A stretch of 62,962 bases of DNA, the filler included, from Aduncisulcus paluster (lineage: Eukaryota), in the NCBI GenBank assembly GCA_024181965.1. It is 6 parts of 6 records of this genome, joined end to end, with 100 filler letters (N's around TTAATTAATTAA, not from the genome) between each part and the next. Parts side by side here need not be neighbours in the genome. Positions count along the whole stretch, not along the records: positions 49,787 to 56,919 come from BQXS01009998.1; positions 57,020 to 62,962 come from BQXS01010008.1; 4 more parts are not named here. One strand, written 5' to 3'. Shown here piece by piece: positions 55,715 to 62,962 of this stretch; position 1 is the first letter of the stretch, and each line of letters starts with the position of its first letter. The notes below the pieces were generated by a model. It had not been told where the DNA came from, made no database searches, and worked only from the letters and a program-made list of their open reading frames with translations. A program made the translations under genes and the position numbers.

Positions 55715-56143
55715 TGAAAAGAATCTTTTGATATTTTTTATGTATGATATTTTCTCACAAGCTCATATTGTCACTCACGATTTCGCTGTTCAATTATAAC
55801 GAACCTTATTATAACCAATAAACTAAAGAAGTAGGGTCATGGAATATTACTATATTAATAATTCTATTATAAGCTCTTAGCGAAGATTACATTCTATCTC
55901 TCGAACGCTTGCAGCTACAACAAATCTAATATCGTTTTTGAGCATTAGAATTAAATTGTATCTTTTTTTGTACATCAAAATGGCCTCTTCACTGAACAGG
56001 TCAGATTTTCATTTTGACCCTCCTTTTGCCCAAACTCGATCAGTGTACCTAGGGTTCAGGAACATTACTACCCTACCATCTCCATGATATGCGCCCCCTT
56101 ATGTGGCCATATGTTCAAATTAGTTTTTAGCTTCTTTTTTCAT

Positions 56144-56404
56144 TGAAATTGTTAAAACGTCAATTTCGATCTTATTTCAACTAATCTTGACCAGAATCAT
56201 TTTAATTATGATTAATAACCATATAGATTCAACTCATCCAGTTATTACCTCTCGTTCTAACTGAAATTGTTAAAACGTCATTTTCGACCTTATTTCAGTT
56301 AATTTCAATCATAATCGTTTTAATTATGATTAATAACTATACTAATTCAATTCATACAGTTATTACCTCTTGTTCTACTTGAAATTGATAATTCGTCAAT
56401 TTTG
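56144..56404. repeat. 118-bp tandem repeat, about 2.2 diverged copies
   Basis: TGAAATTG..CGTCA unit starts at 56144, 56262 and 56380. Confidence 0.85.
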
Positions 56405-56542
56405 TTCGTGGCACCCTTACCTCGAAGGATTCCGCTCATACTTGGTATGATTATGTTTTCACATCATCTTATTGTTTTGAAAATGTCAATTTCTTGTCTC
56501 AAAATAAACTTATTACATTGGATTGATAGTTTCAAAATTTCT

Positions 56543-56919
56543 TTACTCTGATTCAGGTACCATGGGCTTTAATTCCGGAAATTCCTCCAGGTAATCCTCC
56601 ATGGCAATACTATCCTGAACTTCAGAAAGAGGCTCCCACGTATTTTCGGAGTCTTCGTAACCCATCCAATGGACAAGAAACTCCAAATCAGCTTTATCTT
56701 CGCCTCTATGATCTACGATGGCTTCTATAAAGTATTCTCCATCGGATAACGACGCCATTTCCTTAAGTTTTGCTAAGGAATGGCTTCCTTTAACCTCGAC
56801 TAAACGTCTGAGGTGAACATTGTAAGTTTTTTCCTCATTTAAACTCGAAATCATTACCATATTCTTCCCAAGGTTCTCTTTAACCTGGAACGGACCTCTC
56901 AAACGAGCAGAAAGCTTAG
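56543..56919 (-). mobile_element. 3' end of a third Gypsy element: integrase GPY/F tail plus canonical chromodomain
   Basis: KLSARLRGPFQV...VHLRRL...EYFIEAIVDHR..EFLVHWMGYEDSENTWEP; open to the spacer. Confidence 0.9.
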
Positions 56920-57019
56920 NNNNNNNNNNNNNNNNNNNNNNNNNNNNNNNNNNNNNNNNNNNNTTAATTAATTAANNNNNNNNNNNNNNNNNNNNNNNNN
57001 NNNNNNNNNNNNNNNNNNN

Positions 57020-57353
57020 ACAATAGGACCTGAGAAAAAGATGAAGATACAATAAGGGGATTTCCTTCAATAGAAAGGCATTCAAGGAATGTCAAAGATT
57101 TCAAAGGATGTAAAATATCCCATGATGAAATACAATTATGAGAAATATCAAGTTCTTTCAGTTGAGTTAACTTTTCAATTCCAGTGAGTGAATGCAATTC
57201 GTTATGAGAAATATTTAAGTGTAATAATAAAGGATATGCTTTTGCAATTTGAATTAAAGAGGAAATTTGCTCAGAATCATCTCGAAGCTTCCCAGAAAAA
57301 GAGAGAGAGAGAAAATGCTTAAAATCAACAAAGTCAAGACTTTCAACACTCAT
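57020..57353 (-). CDS. Leucine-rich repeat protein, truncated by contig end
   Basis: 'LLHLNISHNELHSLTGIEKLTQLKELDISHNCI...LECLSIEGNPL' SDS22-like LRRs. Confidence 0.85.
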
Positions 57354-57635
57354 ATATTATTTAATATGTCAATAAAATAAAAGAATATGCGATAATTATT
57401 GATCAAAATGAGCAACACTCAGCAAAAAACGATTTTTTGAAATGGCCCCATCTAAACTGAGTTTGCTGATGAGATTTATCAACAAAACAACAATGCTGTC
57501 CACATTACTAATGTAGTGGTTTACAAAATACAAGGTCAGACACATTTTATTGAGCAATAATATTGTTTTCCAATATTAATACTATCATCAAGAATGAACT
57601 AATTAAATCTTATTAAATTGAAGGAATCAATAAGA

Positions 57636-59063
57636 CTATTCTAAAACAGCACCTTCATGCTGCACAACAATTGCTGCAACATGACGTGCTTCTTCAAGAG
57701 CTTTGATGAAAATTTCCTCGGGAATATCTGGAATGGAAATATCGTTCTCAAGCAATACCCGCAAAACACCAGAACAAAAGGCATCTCCAGCTCCATTGGT
57801 ATCAACAAGATCGGATGAGGCTACTTTTTCAGCAGGAATCGCTCCAAAAATGGCTGATTTTGCCAAGACCCCTTCTCCTTCTTTCCAACATTTTTCACAG
57901 CATTCAGAACACTCCATTTTACATCCTCTACAAACTCCAAGGGTGAGAGTGGCTGAATCTCCATCTTCTTCACTTGTAAGATCCTCAGAACAGGGGCAAT
58001 CAACATCTTTACCCACTGAAGACACGTCAGAGGGGGAGATGGAAGGAGAGGAAAGACAATACCGGATTGAATCGGCACCACAGGTCATGATAACACTCCT
58101 ACTCTGCATGTGGGAATGAACTTTGGAGGAGAAAGGGAGAGAAACAATTCCCGTGACAGCAAGACGGCATTTTTGGTCGAAAGTGGTGTCTGCAGAAAGG
58201 GGAGGAACTACCTTGTGATCAGCAAGACATTCACGGAGAGCAAGGATCTCAGCATCATTTCCTATCACCAGTTGTGCGTATGTTAAGGCTTTGATAACAC
58301 GACTAGTGAAACATCTTACAACGAAAGGTGAAGCAAGGTTGAGAACAATAGGAATCTTATTCTTGGTGGCTATTTCCATGGCACGAAGGGCAGCATCCCA
58401 TGCGTCAGTGAAGAAAAATCCTGGCATGAATAAAACAGAGGAAGAACTTAGCTCTGACACGATGGAATCGATATGTATCCCAGCATAATGGGCAGAAGCA
58501 CCAAGCATGGCAACTAGGGCACGTTCATGATCGTTTTCATTGACAAACACACCACAACATCCGGTGTGAGTTGGTTCCTTAGTTGTGGGGTGTTCTCTAA
58601 TAGTTATTAGTCGGGGAGAGACACCATGTTCTTGAATAAGCTTATCAATGGCTTTTCCGTTCGTATCGGCACCAATAGCGCCTGAATATATTACTTTGGC
58701 AACAGGTTCCTCTTTGGATTGAGAAAGAAGGCTGGCGAGGATTCTTGCTGTGTTTAGACTGCTTCCTCCGGGAATACACCTTGAGGTTATATCTTTGGGG
58801 AGCATAGAAATGATAGATTGAAATTCTTTTCCAGAAACAATACTAGCACCTCCTATTTTGACATTGGGATTTTTCTCACTGAAAATAAAAAGAAATAAGA
58901 TGAAAGATTGGTTTAATATAAATAAAGGATCAAACACCACACAAAAAATTTGTTATCATTCGAAAAACGCTTGTCGAACATACATTGTTTCGAGAACACT
59001 CAGAGGGAGACGATATGAATGATCTAATAATGGATTCCCAAAGAAAAATATTTGTTTTGACAT
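57636..59063 (-). CDS. ADK: Adenosine kinase (PfkB family); intron 58879-58983
   Basis: Exon 1 MSKQIFFFGNPLLDH... joins in frame via GTATGT..TTTCAG. Motifs 'PGGSSLNTAR', 'TGCCGV', 'NLASPF', 'IGNDAE', 'VDTNGAGDAFCSG'. Confidence 0.92.
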
Positions 59064-59609
59064 ATTTCAAGCCAAATGCTTAATAATCACTGAGATATAG
59101 CCCAAAAAGTAAGGAAAACGTCACTCAATATTAATGAAGGTAAGAAACCACAAAAATTGGACTCGAGTCGATCAAATATGTTGTCATATTCAATATTTTT
59201 CCAGAATACAAATTAATTTCTGATTAAAACAATTGGAAAGCAGAACAAAGTAAAAACTCAATTTCATCGTGTCTCTTGACGAATCTGAGGTGTTGGATAA
59301 CGCAATTATTCTTAATAATATCTAAGATTTTATTGATGAAAAAAGACTAAAATTGGTTTACAGTTATTTTTATTATAATAATATCTTTCATTGAACGGGT
59401 GCAGAATTTTCATTTGTTTTAGATCTAGCGTGTATTAAGTCAGGATCAGGAACTAAATGTCAGAGATTTGTTTCGAATTAATATTATTTTCCTGGAAGTG
59501 ATTTTTAAGTCCGTGAAAGTCACCTGAAACGGTTCAGAAGATGATTTTTGACCACGCTCTGATTTTGCCTGAATCATATTGTTTTTATTTTTTTCATTCT
59601 TTTTGATAC

Positions 59610-61055
59610 ATGCCAATCTTAACACCTGGAACCTGTTTTAAGAACGCTTTTGATGTCAAATTTGACCTTTGTGGAAAGCTTTTAACTAGTGCTGAAGCTT
59701 TAGATGCTAAGCTTCAAGCCGGAGAGGAATTTGACTTTAAAAAGATAATTTACTCAAATTTGGGAAATCCCCATGCCCTTGGTCAGGACCCAATCTTTTA
59801 TTTCCGTGAAGTTATGGGGTTAGCTTCAATGCCCCATTTGTTTGATGATGAGTCCACCAAAGCTTCCTTTGAACCTGAAGTAATTGAACATGCCAGGAAA
59901 ATTTCTGAATCCTTTGGTCGTGGTGGAACAGGAAAATACACAGACACTCAAGGAGTGATGTTTGCGAGAAAATCTGTTGCCGAATACATTTCCAAGCGTG
60001 ATGGCTACCCTGCTAAACCTGAAGATATTTACATGTGTGATGGAGCCACCCCCGGTATCCAAATGGTTCTTCGTATTGCTCTTAGAGAAAAAACAGACGG
60101 TGTCATGATCCCAATCCCTCAATATCCCCTCTATAATGCCTGTATTACTCTCTACGATGGTGCTGCTTGCCCATATTATCTCGATGAAGAAAAGGATTGG
60201 GCCCTTACCCTCGAAGAAATGGAACGCGCCCATGCTGAGGCTGTTAAAAAGGGAATTAACCCCCGAGTATGTGTTGTCGTAAACCCAGGAAACCCCACTG
60301 GAAACGTTCTCAATGTTGAGATCATGAAAGATATCGCCAAGTTTTGCCATGAGAAGAAAATGCTTCTTCTTGCCGATGAGGTGTATCAGCGTAACATTTA
60401 CATGCCTGAAGAATTCCCCTGGGTATCCTTTAAGAAGATTGTCTGTGACTTAGGGTTGGACAAGAAAGGATTTGAGCTTTGCTCTGTGCATTCCACATCA
60501 AAAGGAATGGTTGGTGAATGTGGACGTAGAGGAGGGTACTTCGAGCTTATAAACGTCAGTGATGAGGTTCGTTCTGCTATTTTGAAGCTTACTTCTCTCT
60601 TGTGCGTTAATTCTGCAGGTCAGATTATGACTCATCTTATGGTGTCTGCTCCTCAGAAGAAAGGAGAAGGAAAGGCCAGAGATGCTTGCTATGACCAATA
60701 CAAAGGAATCTTCGAGTCCCTTCAGAGGAAAGCAAAGAAATTGCACAAGTTCTTCACTTCTCTTGAAGGTGTGACTTGCTGTTCTCCACAAGGAGCTCTC
60801 TACCTCTTCCCAAGGATCACAATTCCTGAGAAGGCCATTCACAAAGCCAAGGAAGAAGGAATCCCTGCCGACGAGTTGTATTGTGTCGAAATGCTTGAGA
60901 GCACTGGTCTCCTTGTCATGCCTGGATCTTCATTTGGTCAAAAAGAAGGTACCTACCACTTTAGAACTACGATTCTCATGGGTGAGGATGATCTAGAGGA
61001 TGTATTGCCTCTTTTGAAGAAATTCCACACCGGCTTCATGTCGAAATACGAGTAA
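59610..61055 (+). CDS. Alanine aminotransferase (PLP class I/II)
   Basis: 'NLGNPHALGQ', 'PIPQYPLY', 'NPGNPTG', 'ADEVYQ.N', 'HSTSKG..GECGRRGGY', 'PGSSFGQKEGTYHFRTTIL'. Confidence 0.96.
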   Translation: MPILTPGTCFKNAFDVKFDLCGKLLTSAEALDAKLQAGEEFDFKKIIYSNLGNPHALGQDPIFYFREVMGLASMPHLFDDESTKASFEPEVIEHARKISESFGRGGTGKYTDTQGVMFARKSVAEYISKRDGYPAKPEDIYMCDGATPGIQMVLRIALREKTDGVMIPIPQYPLYNACITLYDGAACPYYLDEEKDWALTLEEMERAHAEAVKKGINPRVCVVVNPGNPTGNVLNVEIMKDIAKFCHEKKMLLLADEVYQRNIYMPEEFPWVSFKKIVCDLGLDKKGFELCSVHSTSKGMVGECGRRGGYFELINVSDEVRSAILKLTSLLCVNSAGQIMTHLMVSAPQKKGEGKARDACYDQYKGIFESLQRKAKKLHKFFTSLEGVTCCSPQGALYLFPRITIPEKAIHKAKEEGIPADELYCVEMLESTGLLVMPGSSFGQKEGTYHFRTTILMGEDDLEDVLPLLKKFHTGFMSKYE

Positions 61056-61453
61056 TTTCGGTGCGTTGTATTTTGTTTGCCCGCTTTCGCTTTATGACAA
61101 AAAATAATGGTGATCAGATTTTATTAATGCCCTTTGAAAATCAATTAAATTTAAATTTATCCGATTGATTTCGAAGGAGCGTGAATATTGAGTAATAAAA
61201 GAGAAAAGCAGAGTCTAAAGTCCTTATTTATGTGCTTAGAACTTAAGTGAAGAGTCTTCATAACAAACTGATCGAAAATACGAATATTCTTGAGATTTGA
61301 GTGCTTAGAATCAATTCACAATGCTGTGAAAAGGTATGAATGGCAATATTTATTGTGTAATTGTTTGATATAGCTGAAAGTTTGAGCCATCACAAAAAAA
61401 AAAAAAAAAAAAAAAAAAAAAGCAAAAAAAAGGGCAGAAAATTACAAAATTAA

Positions 61454-62245
61454 TTAAGCAAATCCTTTTGAGGTTTTTTTCCCTTGGACAAGAGAATGGT
61501 AATCGCTGATTTCGATACCAACACTCTTGGCGTATTGACAAGCAAAAACACGGAGTTGACGAGGCATTCCACGGCTTTTCCAACTGTAAAATCTAGTTTT
61601 CTGTTTTTTAACTTCTTTTAAAAGTCGGGATTGATACTGCGATTCATGCTCACTAGCCAATTTCGGTCGCAAGAAACGGACTAATGGGAGAAGGTCAGTT
61701 TGTTTGTAAATATAAAAATGCATATACCAAGTAGCCTGTAATTCATCGCTATTGTGAGGAGTTAGAGGACAAGATGTGGTTGTTTGGGAATTAGATGTAC
61801 TGCAGTCAAAAATGGGATAAGGATCTGGTTTCGATAGTGAAGATAGAACATCTGAACAAACTTTGCGATACCGCGAAGATAAGTCCATATGTTGACGCAA
61901 CTTATCGCCCAAGAATGGGACTGAAGAAGCTTTAGATTGTTTTAAAATGCTTGAAAGTTCATCACACATTGAAGAAAAGGGGGAAGAGGAGAAGGAGAGT
62001 GAGAAAGAAGATTCTTCAACGTCTTTGATGGTTGGCTCAAATATATCCAGGCTGAAAGATGTGGATAAGGCACAGGAAGAAGAGGAATCGCAAGAAGAGA
62101 AACATCTATCCGGGGAACTAGATTGAATGAAACCACTCTGTTCTTCTCTAAATGCTGTCCCCTCTTTCGATCTAAATTTGCCAGAAAACACATCAGAAAT
62201 AGGATCTGAAAATATTGATGCTGCCCGATAAACTGTAGCTGTCAT
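61454..62245 (-). CDS. Hypothetical Ser-rich protein, 263 aa
   Basis: ATG-started ORF convergent with the aminotransferase; no family recognised. Confidence 0.65.
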   Translation of the reverse strand: MTATVYRAASIFSDPISDVFSGKFRSKEGTAFREEQSGFIQSSSPDRCFSSCDSSSSCALSTSFSLDIFEPTIKDVEESSFSLSFSSSPFSSMCDELSSILKQSKASSVPFLGDKLRQHMDLSSRYRKVCSDVLSSLSKPDPYPIFDCSTSNSQTTTSCPLTPHNSDELQATWYMHFYIYKQTDLLPLVRFLRPKLASEHESQYQSRLLKEVKKQKTRFYSWKSRGMPRQLRVFACQYAKSVGIEISDYHSLVQGKKTSKGFA

Positions 62246-62962
62246 ATTGGGTAATTAATTACGGATATACCAAAGAATATATCCAAAAAATTAATAATAA
62301 GTCGACTTTGAAGAGTCGAGCGACGAAAAGAAAGTGTATCTAACAGATTCATCCAAAGTGGGGTTTATGGATCTGAACTGAGGAATCTTTGGCAAGATCA
62401 CGAGTAAAAAAATGTGAATCATATTAAAATATCTTTTGAACTATTTTATTATGGTTATTTTACTGAGCTGACTGGAATTATGGCATCGGACGAAACTGCA
62501 CTGATAAGTTTATTGGTAATTTAATTAAATTTTATAAAAGAATTTTTACAGAAATATTATTTTACATTTTTAAATTTACAATATATTCCTGATTCAGACG
62601 ATACCGTCCATGCTTTTTAATATGCCATATTTTCGCTTTCGGCTACCGATGTGTGAGTTTTTCAAACAATATTTTACTGATTTCACATTAATGACATTTT
62701 TATTGGATTCAATAAAGTACAAACTGTAACGATTGTTGAAGAGCATATCTGTAAGCCCCTGAAATTCTTCTTTGCGAAGGCTGCTATTGCCATTGGAAAG
62801 AGAATAGCTCACGCCCATTTGACTACGTCTCTGGGTCGTGTTGCTGGCGGAGGCTTCTGCACTTCGTCTCGGAAGTAATAAGGGTGCTGGTGGTGACAGT
62901 CTGATGCTGCAGTATTTGCAGTTACCTGACTTCTGATGTTACCCTAATGTGATTACTTTGAG

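Noticed and set aside
9882-61055. PFL, pyruvate kinase, adenosine kinase and alanine aminotransferase as a metabolic gene cluster
   Set aside because: They lie on two different contigs, and PFL and PK are separated by unrelated genes.
630-62245. Alternative genetic code (TAA/TAG = Gln as in hexamitid diplomonads)
   Set aside because: Conserved genes end at TAA/TAG at the expected C-termini and read through without internal stops.
62594-62962. GC-richer open stretch at the window end
   Set aside because: In-frame stops near the edge and no recognisable motif; cannot be called.

Overview
Gene-dense, AT-rich eukaryotic DNA with short GTATGT..AG spliceosomal introns. By inference it comes from an anaerobic flagellate protist, probably a fornicate metamonad: it has a Giardia-type cyst-wall LRR protein, pyruvate formate-lyase, prokaryote-type pyruvate kinase and an axonemal dynein assembly factor. 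The window is six unrelated contigs joined by artificial N44-TTAATTAATTAA-N44 spacers (11856, 32978, 43614, 49687, 56920). Seven 20-N gaps have duplicated flanks that inflate or split ORFs. Recognisable genes: PFL (5' end, absent from the ORF track), a BRCT protein, TAPT1, lipin, a TRAPP subunit, pyruvate kinase, Kish, NEK2, RFT1-like, SLX1, UTP18, CWP-like, PIH1D3, an L7Ae/SBP2-like protein, SAC3, NOP14, adenosine kinase and alanine aminotransferase. One contig holds an intact Ty3/Gypsy element (identical 95-bp LTRs, TCCCG target-site duplication, no tRNA primer site) between two other co-oriented LTR-retroelement fragments. The most striking unannotated signal is chains of 11-15 bp odd-length palindromes (arms of 7 bp or less, one unpaired centre, often direct-inverted-direct) in intergenic DNA. 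One such scar sits in an FKBP pseudogene where the ancestral sequence can be reconstructed, and it fits a hAT-type hairpin excision footprint; a CAGGGG-ended hAT-like MITE is also present.
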